From: Eledone cirrhosa | Taxonomy: Eukaryota | Assembly: GCA_964016885.1 (NCBI GenBank) | Contig: OZ024745.1 | Span: 36,704,001 to 36,768,000 of the forward strand | Direction: 5' to 3' | DNA length: 64,000 nt | Shown: in pieces, positions 40,061 through 54,490 of the stretch | How positions within the stretch are numbered: the stretch's first letter is position 1 | Layout: each line of letters opens with the position of its first letter | Translations under genes and position numbers: made by a program | The notes under the pieces: generated by a model | Database searches by the model: none | What the model saw: only the letters and a program-made list of their open reading frames with translations | Told to the model about the DNA's origin: nothing

Positions 40061-42079
40061 CTCTCATAGTAAAATTTCCAGTAACATTTCCTGCCTCTTT
40101 CTTTTGAACATCAGTGGTGCTAAGACATAATCCATCTCCCACTTTAACACCACCAGCTAATTCAGGGTTGCCTTTAGTAGGAAGCAGATGTTGTGTGCAA
40201 GAAAGAAGATTGTACTGATATGAACATGTGATGATGATCACTGGGTGAAAAACTGGAAGGAAACTGCAACAGAAGACTGAAGCAAACAAGGGCAGAGGTG
40301 GTTAGAGCTATACACAAAATACTGAACCTCACAGTGGAGATAACAAAGGAATGTACTGAATAGAAGCAGGCTGTTGTGGAATGGACCCATCTAACCCATG
40401 CAAGCATGGAAAAGCGGTTGTAAGTTAGTGATGATGGTGATGATGATGAAAAGCTGAGGAATTTGTCCTTAATAAATGTAACAAATATTAATTTTATTAA
40501 ATGTTTGAAAATATTTTTTAATTTAAATATTTGAATAAAGGTGTTTAAAAGATTACTAATTTGCTGTAAAGGGCCAGGATTGTAATAGGCTAAGAAACAC
40601 TGATGTACATGAAAGTGATCTTTACTGCCAAATACTGCAAAACAACTGATTTTAAACCTGATAAATTCTAAATAGAATATAGGTGAGAAAATTGCAGCTT
40701 CAACTTCTCCAATTTTGAAAAGTATGTGTGAGAAGTATATGTGAGAGACTACTAAATAGAGTATTGAAATTGAGGAAAATTTTACACTATCGTCATCATT
40801 TTACATCTGTTTTCTATGCTATCATGGGCTGGTGGGTTATCTTGGTTTGCAACAAAAGAGGCTGGAGAACCACATTCTGCTCATAAATTTCATATTTTGG
40901 TATAGTTTCTACAGCTAGATGCCCTTGCTAACACCATCCACTTTAAAAAGAGTACTGGTGCATTTTATCATAGTACTAGCACTAGTAGCATTACAGAGCA
41001 GACTGAATGCATTTTACCATAACACCAACACTACCACTTTACAGAATGTAATGAGTCTATTTTATTGTAGAAGTAGCACTAACAGTTTACAAAGTGTACT
41101 GGATGTATCTTATCGTGGCATCGACACTTTGAGAAAACAATATATTTAATGCAAACAATTTCATGAAAATATCTTAAGTTACTTATGGAAGTTAAAATTT
41201 TTACATGGTTAACAATGAGTCTTAATTAGGTAGCCAAAAGTATGATGGTCCTATTTCCATTTATCAGAAAACTTGAATTTGTTCAGCTGAACCAACAACA
41301 AAGTTTCTAAATAATCCTAAAAAAGTAGCCAAATATCATTTATATTACAGCCTTAAAAATAATACAATACATTAGATAATGTAATCCTATTTATACTATG
41401 CCCGAAAAAGAAAGAAAAAGAAAACCAAATGGTGGTATGCTTTTTTTCCTAAGTCAACTTGGTCAGGATTAATCTACTACAACTACTATTATTCTTGTAA
41501 TATTTGTTCCAGCTTTCTGTATCTGAGTTCAAATTCTGCCAAAGTCAACTTTACTTTTCATCCTTTCAGGTTTAATAAAATAAAGTACCAGTCCATGGCA
41601 ATGGATTAGCAGAAGTTTTAAAACATCAAACAAGATGCCTTGTTTTATCTTTCTTGCATTTTGTATTCTGAATTTCAAATACCTGCCAAAGAGATTCTAC
41701 CAACAGTCAGATCTAATCACACGAACCATGGGACTATAACTGGTGTTGCAATAGGCAGATGAGGATTGTGGCAAACAAAAAATCATGATGATGATTACTA
41801 CTATCATTTAAAGTTACTGTTACTTCAGCAAGAAATAACAACTGCCACCAGTACTCATTAACTCTAAAACGAGGAAACCATCATGTGACCACAAAAATCC
41901 GTTAATAATAGCAAGTAAATTCATTCGGATTTTATCCTATCATTTTAAAGAAAGAGAGGACACATTAGACATTGTAGTCTTAGGTATACAAAGATGTGAT
42001 GGCCACAGTTGGAATAACTTTGGTTAAAGGTCAGTTTGATTGGTACAGACATGACAGTAAATAACAAAAACTTCTACCA

Positions 42080-42550
42080 CTGTTGCCACTATCAATACAA
42101 TCATCAAAAGAACCACCACTACCATCATCCTTGCTGCCTCTACCACCTTCACTGCTATTACTAATACTATTTCACTACCACCACCACAACCAATTCTTTA
42201 CTAGCACTACTAGTACAACCACCACCACTGCTATTATTACCTCTACTACCGCCAACATTACACACATCAAAACCAATATTACTCCTACTATGACTAATAC
42301 CACAACCACCCATACCACATTTATTGCCACCAATACAAACTTTACTGACACTACTAATACCATTACCACTATCACTAATACAACTACCATCACCACCACT
42401 ATCACTTCTACTACCAGTACTAATACCAGCACCAATCACCCTTACCATAACCAATCTCCCTTACAACCACTGACACCATCACCCTACCACCACCAATACA
42501 ACCTCTACTAACACTACTAAATCCACCATCACAACTACTACTACAGTCCA
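42080..42550. repeat. Degenerate (ACC/ACT)n low-complexity tract
   Basis: Direct reading. Confidence 0.85.
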
Positions 42551-43023
42551 TAGAAGCAGGAGCAGTGATACTTCTAGAGAAAGACAGAGAGAAAGATTGA
42601 AAAAGTAAGAGAGAGTGAGAGATGGATGAAACAGGTTTAAGCAGTAATGCTTGCTAAGACGTTAACAATAGAAGCTAATTACAGATCAATAACTCAATAA
42701 ACCTACAAATATTTGGAACTCTACATAGATTTCTTTCTTCCTTCTTTCCTTTCTTATATTGTTTTGCATATTTTTTTGTATGTTTGTTTGAAGTTTCTAA
42801 CCTTTTTTCCAGTATTGTTTTGTTGTTTTTTTTTTGTGATGTGCATTTTTTTTAAAGATACAGACATTAATTTTTTTTTTTTTGCCTGTCTTTCTTTAAA
42901 GTTAGTTATGTATCATACCTTTAGGATAACATTTTTTTAATTTCTTTAAATTTTTTCAAGAATTAACATGGTATCTATACAATATCAACTTCTCTACTTT
43001 GCAACTTTTGATGTATGTGTGTG

Positions 43024-43077
<54 letters not shown>

Positions 43078-43837
43078 AATATACATATATATATATATAT
43101 ATATACATGTAGTAATTGTGTATCATCATCATCATTTAACATCTGTATTCTGATGATGATACACACACTATATATACATATGTGTGCACTCATACATACA
43201 CAGACACACATTTAGAGAGATAGACAGACAGATAGATAGATTGTTATATTGACAGACAGTCAGACAAAAATAGATATATAGACAGACAAACAGCTGACTG
43301 ATAGATATATAGATAGACAGATAAATAGTGTTTTGTGTGTCTCATGCGAAAATGCAAAATGTTCATCATATAAGTCTGTAGAATTATTTCACTTTCACAG
43401 ATAAATGCAATGAACTACACAAAACATTTAGGTTTGATGCATTCTAAAATATGAGGGAGGGCGAATATAAAAAGGAAAGGAGTGATGAGAATATATATAA
43501 AAGAAAGAAAAAGAGAAGCAAGGGGTTGTAGATAGCTAATCTGACTAACTCGCATACATAAATATATACATATATACATACAAACAAATACACACATACA
43601 TACAAAGCAAGAACATATTCATACATAGAAACATATATACATATATATATAAGTACACAAACAAGCAAGCATACTCTTATAGAGGATAAATGCAGACAGA
43701 ATTCTAGAAAGAAGAGAGAAAAGAAAACTAGTCACTCCATACACACACAGACAGATTCTTAAAACTGGATACTGGTGGTAGTATAATAATAATAATGACA
43801 ATAATATTAACAATTATTACCATAATAAAAATAATAA

Positions 43838-44021
43838 TAATAATTGTTTCTACTTTTGGCTCAAGGCCAGCAATTATTCCAGGGTATTACTGGTACTTTA
43901 TTTTATCGATCCTGTAAGGATGAAAGACAAAGTTAACCTCTGTGGGATTTGAACTCAGATCATAAAGGGGCGTAATTCTATGCTGCAAAGCATGGCGTCC
44001 AACCCTCTACCAATATGGCCA
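43838..44021 (-). mobile_element. tRNA-derived SINE
   Basis: Reverse complement of the 9089 family with (TTA)n tail. Confidence 0.85.
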
Positions 44022-44399
44022 AATAATAATAATAATAATTTTAACATAGGCAACCAAAGTTAACCTTGGTGAGGTTTGAACTTGGAGCAGAGACATTCAG
44101 AACAAACGCCAGAAGGCATCTTGTCCCATGTTCTAACATACTGTAATAATTTAGAAGAAAATAACTAGCAACAGGCTTAGTAATTCAAATGTTTATAGTA
44201 TCTTTGTTAATAAACAGATTATTGTGAAAAATAAAGACTGATTTTTATGTGATACAATCATAGTGCTGTATGGTACTTTTCAAGAATGTCTTGCTAATGT
44301 GGTTTCATGCGGTACAGGAAAATGATAGCTAATGATTCTACCAATTCCCCACTTTATATATAAAAGGGAGAAAACAACCAGCCCACCCCAGGAAATCCT

Positions 44400-46600
44400 C
44401 CTCATTCTGTCAGGTACAAAATTTTAGAACTGATACCCTTACTGTTGACATAATGAAAAGTAGGTCTGAAGATGATGTAAAAATGCTAGAGCAGAGGTGA
44501 GTAAATAAGTAGATGTGTTATTTACAAGAGGTAAGATGGAGGAGAGCCTCAGTCAGACACCTCAAAACCATGGAAGACATTGTAGATAGATAACAGTACT
44601 CAAGTGAGCAGAGTAGGCATATTATTGACAAGTTTATGTACCAATTAAAGATAGACTAATCATAAGCAACAAGTGTGAACATATTTTCCCAAAGCAGAGC
44701 TAATTAATAAGCAAAACATGGGGTACTCTTATGAACACTTATGATAGCAAATGATGGTCATTTTGTTATCATAGATGGTGATTTTAATGATGGCTACTCT
44801 GAATGACAGCCAATTCATCAGCCAGATAGACTTCATATTCATCAGAAAGGAAGCTAGCCAACTCATTCAAAATATTAAGTATATGCTTAGAGAAGAATGT
44901 ACAACACAACATAATAACTAAACAAACATGAAGATATAAAGTTATGGAAACTGACAACTTCCTTAATTAGATGAATGTTAAAAAGGGTGACTGAATTATA
45001 AAAGACAACTGTAAATTTCTACATGACAACCAAGATAGGTTGATGGAGAAAGTTTCCATCCAGGTACAAGGTGACATGAATGTAGATACAGTATTTAGAG
45101 CAATGAAAGCTAAGAGATAAGCCTAGAAAGATTGGAAGAGCAGAGAAAGTAAGGAACAATATTAGATAGCTAGAAGAGACACCAGATATCAGGCATACTT
45201 AGTGAAGAGAGAAATTGAAAATAAGAGATTTGCTAATATTCTGTGATGAACAGATCAAAGACATGGGGTGTTGCAGATTGTAAAAATCAAGATGTCATCG
45301 GAGAAAAGTTTGTGAGGAATGATAGTGGTGCATTTACTCTCAGTGACACCAAGAAGGGGCACAAAATGTTACTATGAAAGGTTGCTGAATGAGGAAAATG
45401 CATGTGAGAGAGATGAAACAGAATGACAACTATATAGCCAAGAGAGCAATTAAAGATATGAAGGCTGAGAAAGCAGCAGGACTATTAGAGATAGTTGCTG
45501 ATATGCTGAAAATACCCTGCAAAGTAAGGCTCAAGCTATTCATACACACAATCAACTATCTCATTCAGGAAGGTGTCATCCCCAGTAACTGGCATAACAG
45601 TATCATCATCCATTACTAGAAGACTAAAGATGCACTCAAAAGAAGCATTAAATTGAGGAACCATGCTATGAAATTCAAAGAGTTATATAACACAGTTTTT
45701 TAGGAAGAGAATTAATTTAGATGAGATACCATTCAGGTTTATACCACTGATGTACTACTACACCAAACATTTGTTGACCTAGAAAAGACTTTTTGACAGG
45801 GTGCCAAGTCTCGTAAATTGGTGATCATGAACAAAACTAGGTGTAGATGAATCACTTGTGAAAGCTGTGCTCAGTTCTTAAACCCTTCTTGTTTATTATA
45901 AAAGACTACATCAGAAAGGTTTAACATAGCAAACTTGTGTATGCCAATGAACTGGTACTCATAGATAAATGTGGAAGAATTGGAAAAGATATATCCAATG
46001 TGAAAAGAGGTTCTTAAACTAACATAACAAAGTTTTAGTTAGCTGAGAAGTAGTCATACTTGATATGCAGAAAAGGGGGTACAGTGGGATCACATCTAGC
46101 TGAACAGAAAGAAGATTAGATGAAACAGATGTACAGTGGTAGTTAACAGTAAGACCACCTATGAAATTAATTCTTTCCAATGTCAGGATGGATACGCACC
46201 AACCAGCAGCTAGTCTCTTCTACCATCTGCAAGCGATGCCTGGGCTGGTTTGGACATGCTTTGAGACTTCCCCCGGAGAGACTAGCGAACCAAGTACTTA
46301 AATGGAGCCCACAGGGAAGCAGATGGAGAGGGCGACCCAATATGAACTGGCGCCAGACAGTTGAGAGGGACCTGCGAGCGACAAACAGACAATGGCGGGA
46401 CGCTGTGCTACTGTCTGCTGACCGAAAGCGATGGAACACTATGATTGCCTCATGCGTCGCAAGACGCGGGAGCTTCTGAGTCTGAGTCTGAATGTCCAGA
46501 AGCAGTTGATAGCTTTTGTTATTCAGGTGGCCTAAATAGTAATTTTCAGGAGATATATAGTGGTCCTTGATATATCATCATGGACGTTAAACAATGATGA
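44400..46600 (+). pseudogene. Old, heavily mutated RTE LINE of the 26.5-kb family
   Basis: AIKDMKAEKAAGLLEIVADMLK..VIPSNWHNSIII and TTTGTTGACCTAGAAAAGAC (FVDLEK). 3' end GGACGTTAAACAATGATGAT at ~46580. Confidence 0.8.
46185..46490 (+). mobile_element. Young RTE 3' fragment nested in the old RTE, with (TCTGAG)n tail and 6-bp TSD
   Basis: LGWFGHALRLPPERLANQVLKWSPQGSRWRGRPNMNW. AATGTC duplicated at 46179-46184 and 46491-46496. Confidence 0.85.
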
Positions 46601-46932
46601 TAATGATTATATCTTCTTTTCTATGTGACTTTACTATGCCAAGATACGTTTCCTGATGGCAGCCCATACTGTATTTTAACTATGGAATACAACTGATGCT
46701 GATCGATGTACAACACTGAGACATTGTTTATGAAGGAAATAAACAAATATCAGTAGTTAATTACTTTGAAACAGTCTCAATATGAAGATGTTTGTGACAG
46801 AACACACATATATATATATATATGGTAACACAGTCATCTAGCAAATGGCAGATCTAAGTTCGATTCCTACAGGTGATGTTGTCCACTTTTTCCATATCTT
46901 GGTGCTTAGATGCCCAACCTGTTCACCTATTT

Positions 46933-47046
46933 AATAGTCAATCTTACATTGTAGTAACTTCGATTAAGCTAACACTTTCTATATATATATATATATATAG
47001 AAAGTGTTAGCTTAATCGAAGTTACTACAATGTAAGATTGACTATT
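46933..47046. repeat. Perfect palindrome (48-bp arms) centred on (TA)n
   Basis: AATAGTCAATCTTACATTGTAGTAACTTCGATTAAGCTAACACTTTCT-(AT)n-AGAAAGTGTTAGCTTAATCGAAGTTACTACAATGTAAGATTGACTATT. Confidence 0.95.
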
Positions 47047-50000
47047 TATATATATATGTGAAAACAGGGAGAAAAAGACGATTATTAGGAAGAAAAATAT
47101 ATTTTTTTCCCTTTTTATTTATTTCTCTCTTTTTTCTGGGTTAGAAACACTATATATATACATATACATATATATATATATATATAGTTGTGTCAAGGAC
47201 ATGACAGCCTGCTTAATGTTGATGATCTACATGATAAATGAACCCAGTAGACACTGTAAATAGGTTGGTTATTGGAAGGATATACAGTTGTAGAAATCTT
47301 GCAAAATAAAGGTATAGGTGGAGCCTTCAGTTGTGTCAAAGACAATACAACCTCTACTGTGCACTCGGTAGAATGTGAGATCATATGTAAACAGATCATT
47401 GGCCTGTGTGGTAGGTCTGAAGCTTCAGTACTGACTTGGTCTATGTAAACCCATCTATCCCTTGATAGCAGCGAAGGTAGAGGTTAAAACATTGATGATA
47501 TAACCCATTCAAACATATAAAATACATGTAAAACAATGATAATACATATACATATTACACAGGGCTTCTTTGACAGTCTGTGTCTACCAAATTAACTGAA
47601 AGGGAATTGGTGAGCCCAGGGATATAGTAGAATATACTTGCCCAAAATGCCATACAAAGGGTCTGAAACTGAACTCATGTGATTCAGAAGCAAACCACTC
47701 ATACACACAGCCCTGCTCGTACAGATGATTGGAGAAATGGATAGGTAGATAGATATATATAATTCACTAATATTATCTTTATTATAATAACTATTAAACT
47801 TAATACCCCCAGAGTACTACACTAATTCACATTAAAGAAATAACAAAAAAAAAAAAAAAACAGGCTACATATGTTGAAGCTTCTCAAATAAATACATAAT
47901 TAAGCTGTTTTCTTAGCTCGGAAAATGTCCACTAATGCCTGTGTGAAACATCATGTTCTGCATTTCTTTTAAGTTTACTTTTTCACTTTCTTAAACTTGA
48001 AAAGGTCAAGTGCTAGTAAAATTATATAATTTAGTTTAAATATTTTGTCGGTGTTTTTATTTTTATTTTGTGCTTTATTTTCTATTATTATAATTTCTTT
48101 AAAGCTGTATTATGTCTTTCTCGGTTTATTTTTCTTCTCGGCTTCGATTAAAATTCTATCTTTAACTGTTTGTTTATTTTTGGCATTATATTTAGGAATA
48201 AAAAAAAATCAAAAGAGATAAAATAAATATTACTATCATTTCAAATAAATACATTCAAGTCTCTTTGCATTTAAACACCCGATGTTATATCTGGACGTCT
48301 GTTCGATTCACGCCTAACTGTTGCAATTTTTCTCATTTCAGCGTTCGTGGACTTTAGCGCACCAGTTTCACTTCGCCAAGTTGTTATTGTTATTAGAGTG
48401 AACAAAGAAAAATAGCCCTGGATTTTTTTTTGGGGGGGGGGGGGGGGGGGGGTTTAACCACACACTTCTCTTATTTAACATATAAAAATGGTGATGACTG
48501 TTATCGTAGATGTATAAGTCGCAAGTCAGCTCTGACCAAGCCATCCACGGACCTAGCTCAGGATATATTTCTATGTCGAGCTAATATGGAAAGGAGACAG
48601 TCCATTAAATTTAGTTCAGCATACTACAGGCCTCAGCGTCATCATAGTTATGTTCTCGGAACTGGTGCAGCCAGTTATTGGGGTGCCACTCTAGACGCTT
48701 TTGCTGTCAGTTGTCGCCTCAGCATATAAGTTCAAATGGCTAGAAATAGCAGCCAACTTTTCCTTAAATCATTTCCTACCACATGAAAAGTGATATCTAA
48801 GTCTGCATTACATGATGCACTGCTATGAAGTATAGATGGGATGGTTATTGTTGGAATGATTTTGATCATAAACATGCTAGGTCAGGGTCATCATACGTAT
48901 ATGTATACATGCATTATATGTGTTTATGAGTATGTGTACATACAGTAATATGTGTATTTTTCTTCATGCGCGCATATATGACTGTCTACGAGCTGCTGTG
49001 TACGTACTACCATGTCTATGTTTATGCACGAGAAACTGTGTATTAGTGTATGTGTACTTAAGGTCATGTGAGTGTAAGTACACAATTTTGTACAAACACA
49101 CATATAGTAGTGTTTCACACAGAAATTCCGGTGCTGGGGCTTCGATTGAGGTTTTGTTGTTTTCCCAGGCGTTTTATCTGCCACATCCTGAAATTTAAAG
49201 GTGTTCGGTTAGAAAAGGAATATACAGGAACTCAAAACATGTGCGAGACCAGTTTTTTTTTTCTTTTTAGTCACCGTGTATTATTCCTGGGAAAACGAAA
49301 TAGATTAAATCACTAACATTTGATTTACCTGTCATAATCCGAATATAAACAATGTGGGTTAGATACCTCTATATTTCTGCTTTAATTTGTTCTTTAAAAC
49401 AAAAATAATAACAATAAAGTAATTATTTGTAAAATATCAAAACAAATCAAATCTGTTTGACCGGTGTAATCTGAAAATAGTGTATGCTATAGCGGTGTCG
49501 ATAATAAGTTGAGCCGTCGTTGATTTAGTTCCGGAAAAAAAATTGTTCGGAAGTTGTGTGTAGTCTGTTGTTTTGATTAATTAAATGAGAACTGGCTTAT
49601 GTCTTTTGGAAGAAGAAGAAGATGATGATGATGATAGTAGTAGTAGTAGTAGTAGTAGTAGTAGAGCAGCAGCAGCAACAGCAGCAGTAGCAGCAGCAAC
49701 AGTAGTAGTGGTGGTAGTTTTCAGCGGAAACACAATTTTAAATCATGACTTACCAAATAAACCAGCGCAGGTGTCTATATGCGGTCGTGTATGTTCTGTT
49801 ATAACTCACAGCCAAATCTTCTTCAGATAATACTCTACCGTCTTAAAAATGGATAAATATATCTAAATCAGTAATCCTAGATGTAATCTATATTGTAATA
49901 ACTGTATGACATTTTTGTCAGTCAGTCACCTGAACACCAGGCTCTATAAAAAAACATGTTTACATTTTTATTTAGAAATCATTGAACATAAAACAGGGCA

Positions 50001-50123
50001 AGAATTATTGTAAAATGTCTTCATTAATATCAGAAATCGCTGTTCTTTGTCACTGCTCTTTGTCAACGATATTTAACTGCCACCACTCCCTCCCACCCTT
50101 TTTCTCGTACAAACATATGTATG

Positions 50124-50154
<31 letters not shown>

Positions 50155-50164
50155 AGCAGTATCC

Positions 50165-50733
50165 CAGTACAACCTGTCTCATGGTCGGGTCGTTGGCGAC
50201 TAAACTGGCAACCACACCAAGGTTTCTTGGTGAGGAGGGTGACTTTGGACATCCTGCAGGACTAAAAACAAAACCTGTCAAAGGGCAAAGGTGCTCTTAA
50301 GAGTCAATGCCATCCAAAATCACCGGGAGAGATGACCCCTTAGCCTTTGTCAAGGCAGAATTCTAGGAGAAGGAAAACTCTGATATAACACCTGCAACCC
50401 TGATGGTATCCAATGATGTTGACTTGTTCTTCTTTTTGGTAAATATCATCTTGGTTAAGAGAGTGTGACTGGCTTTGTGCAGTGCCTTTGCTCACTATAA
50501 AAGCTTCACGGCACAGGCATTGCTTTATATCTGGAGATCTCTCTGCACTTGTTATCACATGGTACCATGGGCCCAGCACTATGTGTCAATAATTGTCACA
50601 AGTGTAGTGTTTGTACCAGAGTTTTCAAGTCGCTGGCTGAATTAAAAGGTCACACTCGTTCAGCGCATCGGTAGGGGTTCTCCTACATGGATATAAAGTA
50701 GTGGCCGTACTCGAAAACGAGTTGGCAGCCACT
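50165..50733. mobile_element. Second copy of the ~570-bp element (inverted relative to 11803-12383)
   Basis: Near-identical sequence; flanked by (TATG)n. Confidence 0.85.
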
Positions 50734-52480
50734 ATGTATGTATGCACGTATGTATGTATGCATGCATGCGCAGGCGTATGGAAATACTCAGTTTAGTGCC
50801 TGAGCGCGCGGTTAGCCCACTGGTACTAAGAGACCCCTAGTTCTTGTTAGGACATCATTCAAGGAGAAGAAATCTCCGATGTAAAATCTGCTACTCGATG
50901 TCAGCCAATTGATGTTGACTTTTCTTCACTTAAAAAAGCTTCAAACACAAACATCACTTAATCAAAACGACTTTCATGTTTGTTATATGCAGAAAGGAAT
51001 CTAAGTCCTCGACAAGGTTGAATAATAGCCGTTCATGAGAAAAAGGTCAAGAAATGGCAATTCTCAAACATGAGATGCAGCCATTGTAGGTATATATATA
51101 TATATATATATAATTAATACAATAACAGAGATGGTTTAAAGCTAATCTCTGACTGGGAACCATCTCACTCAACAAACATTAGGTTATATTTTAATATAAA
51201 CCCAATTTAAGTGTTTGGGGTGCTAACAATATGTATTATGTGGAAAAGCCAGTTGTATTATTTTATGAGATATAATTAAAGTTAAAATATATCTCTCTTT
51301 CCAAACAATTGTTTCATTATAAGTTTTCTACAAATTCGGAGAATATTTCCAGTTTATGTAGAAGCCTAATATACATTCATGTAAGAATATATTTAGGTGG
51401 GCGCCTATAAATCATCAGTGGAAGCCCAATAAACTTTGATATAAGAAAAATATTTCTTACAAAAGTTAAAAATCGTGTCCGTTAAGTTGCTCCTTCCCGC
51501 AACGAATGACCGGCAAATTTGAAATTCCAGCAGTTTTTGACTGAGGAAGTATGATAGCGTCACTAAGCGGGAAGGGGAGACAACTACGATCCACGAAAGG
51601 AGGAAAAAAAATAATATACACGCGGGTTAATCAGTTTTTTCGAAAACATTATCAATATATATATATATATATATAGTCATGTAATAAACAACATCAGGCA
51701 ATTATTTCATTTACCAGTGGTTTCTTAAATTTTGCTTTCAATCATCAGAATGAAAAAATCCTGGTGTATTTATTGGCGTTGGATTTTAAAAACAAAATAT
51801 AATCTATATGAAAGTGAGGCTGGAAAAGGAAGAAGGAAAGGAAAAATAAAAACACACACCGACACACACACAGTTATATACATACACATATATATATATA
51901 CACACACACATACATACACATACATATACACATACATCACACATAAATATCAACATATCCATAAATACACATACATACAAATACACAAACGTGCATGCAG
52001 ACACACGCACACATATACATGCATATATATACATAAACATATATATACATACATACACACACATACATATATATATATATATACATACATACATATATAC
52101 ATACACATACATACATACACACATATATACACGCATACATACGCATGCACAAATATAGAACTATGTACACACACCTACATACTCACACACACAAATAAAT
52201 ATAAGAAAAATATATAATAATAAAAAAGTAAAAATGAAATATAAAGATTATTATAGTGTTGACAGCGATACAGGCAACAAATAAATGAACAAATACACGT
52301 GGTAAGCAATAAACACATATGCACGTACACGTACATACGTAAAAATAAATACATACACACACTCTCACACATACACATACATATACAAATACATATACAC
52401 ATACATACGCATACACGTATACATACACACACACACACACATAAACATATATACAAACATACATATATATATATATATAT

Positions 52481-52951
52481 GAAAAAATGGGGAGAAAAAT
52501 ACTGCAGGTTGCACATGGATAACATGTAATAAAATAAGTCCCTCATCAGTGATTTGCCGACGATCATAGATATTTCATTGCATTAAAAATCATATACCTC
52601 ACGTCGGTGCAATAATAACTAAATTAAGTTATTAGGACAATTAAAACGCGTAAAGCGGGTGAGACAAGATAACAACAAAGAGGAGAGCTAACCGTAGAAG
52701 GAAGGGAACAAGCTTCATAGTTATTCTGTTAGCATAAGCTAGGTGAATATATGAGCGCTTAGAAAAAAGAACCTTTCGGGAACGAATTCAAATGTGAGAA
52801 AGAGAGAAAATGTTTTCGTCGCGAACGGTGTGAAGTGAGAAGAGGAGAAACAGTGAGTGAGTGAGTGAGTGGGTGGAAGTATGAGGAAGAGTTAACTGAC
52901 ATGACAGAGGGGGCGAAAGAACGTAGGAGAAACAAAGAGGACGAGGGAGCA

Positions 52952-53019
<68 letters not shown>

Positions 53020-54180
53020 CAGAATCGTGGTTTAGGTAAATATATGTGAAAAAATGGGGAGAAGAATACTGCAGGTTGCACATGGATAACATGTAATAAA
53101 ATAAGTCCCTCATCAGTCATTTGCCGACGATCATAGATATTTCATTGCATTAAAAATCATATACCTCACGTCGGTGCAATAATAACTAAATTAAGTTATT
53201 AGGACAATTAAAACGCGTAAAGCGAGTGAGACAAGATAACAACAAAGAGGAGAGCTAACCGTAGAAGGAAGGGAACAAGCTTCATAGTTATTCTGTTAAC
53301 ATAAGCTAGGTGAATATATGAGCGTTTAGAAAAAAGACCTTTCGGGAACGAATTCAAATGTGAGAAAGAGAGAAAATGTTTTCGTCGCGAACGGGGTGAA
53401 GTGAGAAGAGGAGAAACAGTGAGTGAGTGAGTGGAAGTGTGAGGAAGAGTTAACTGACATGACAAAGGGGGCGAAAGAACGTAGGAGAAACAGAGAGAAC
53501 GAGGGAGAAGTAAGAGAGAGAGAGAGAGAAAAAAACAGAATCGCAGTTGAGGTAAATATATGTGAAAAAATGGGGAGAAGAATACTGCAGGCTGCACATG
53601 GATAACATGTAATAAAATAAGTCCCTCATCAGTCATTTGCCGACGATCATAGATATTTCATTGCATTAAAAATCATATACCTCACGTCGGTGCAATAATA
53701 ACTAAATTAAGTTATTAGGACAATTAAAACGCGTAAAGCGAGTGAGACAAGTTAACAACAAAGAGGAGATCTAACCGTAGAAGGAAGGGAACAAGCTTCA
53801 TAGTTATTCTGTTAGCATAAGCTAGGTGAATATATGAGCGCTTAGAAAAAAGACCTTTCGGGAACGAATTCAAATGTGAGAAAGAGAGAAAATGTTTTCG
53901 TCGCGAACGGTGTGAAGTGAGAAGAGGAGAAACAGTGAGTGAGTGAGTGGAAGTGTGAGGAAGAGTTAACTGACATGACAGAGGGGGCGAAAGAAAGTAG
54001 GAGAAACAGAGAGAACGAGGGAGCAGTAAGAGAGAGAGAGAGAAAAAAACAGAATCGCAGTTGAGGTAAATATATGTGAAAAAATGGGGAGAAGAATACT
54101 GCAGGTTGCACATGGATAACATGTAATAAAATAAGTCCCTCATCAGTGATTTGCCGACGATCATAGATATTTCATTGCAT
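52481..54180. repeat. Tandem array of a ~515-567-bp unit (3 copies plus ~103 bp), flanked by (TA)n
   Basis: Unit starts GAAAAAATGGGGAG at 52481, 53048, 53564 and 54078. Length differs mainly in the (GA)n tract. Confidence 0.93.
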
Positions 54181-54197
54181 TATATATATATATATAT

Positions 54198-54490
54198 ATG
54201 GTGGCTGCCAACTCGTTTTCGAGTACGGCCACTACTTTATATACATGTAGGAGAACCCCTACCGAAGCGCTGAACGAGTGTGACTTTTTAGTCCAGCCAG
54301 CAACTTGAAAACTCTGGTACAAACACTACACCTGTGACAATTATTGACACATAGTGCTGGGCCCATGCTACCATGTGACGACAAGTGCAGAGAGATCTCC
54401 AGATATAAAGCAATGCCTGTGCCGTGAAGCTTTTATAGTGAGCAAAGGCACTGCACAAAGCCAGTCCCACTCTCTTAACCAAGATGATAT
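54198..54490. mobile_element. Partial third copy of the ~570-bp element
   Basis: Matches 11803-12095. Confidence 0.85.

Noticed and set aside
51489-51580. CTCCTTCCCGC/GCGGGAAGGGGAG stem enclosing GAAA and CTGAGGA (possible type II hammerhead)
   Set aside because: Stems I-III do not pair around the core motifs.
52481-54180. CRISPR-like or multi-gene array
   Set aside because: Units are entirely repeated with no unique spacers, the context is eukaryotic, and the ORFs are low-complexity.
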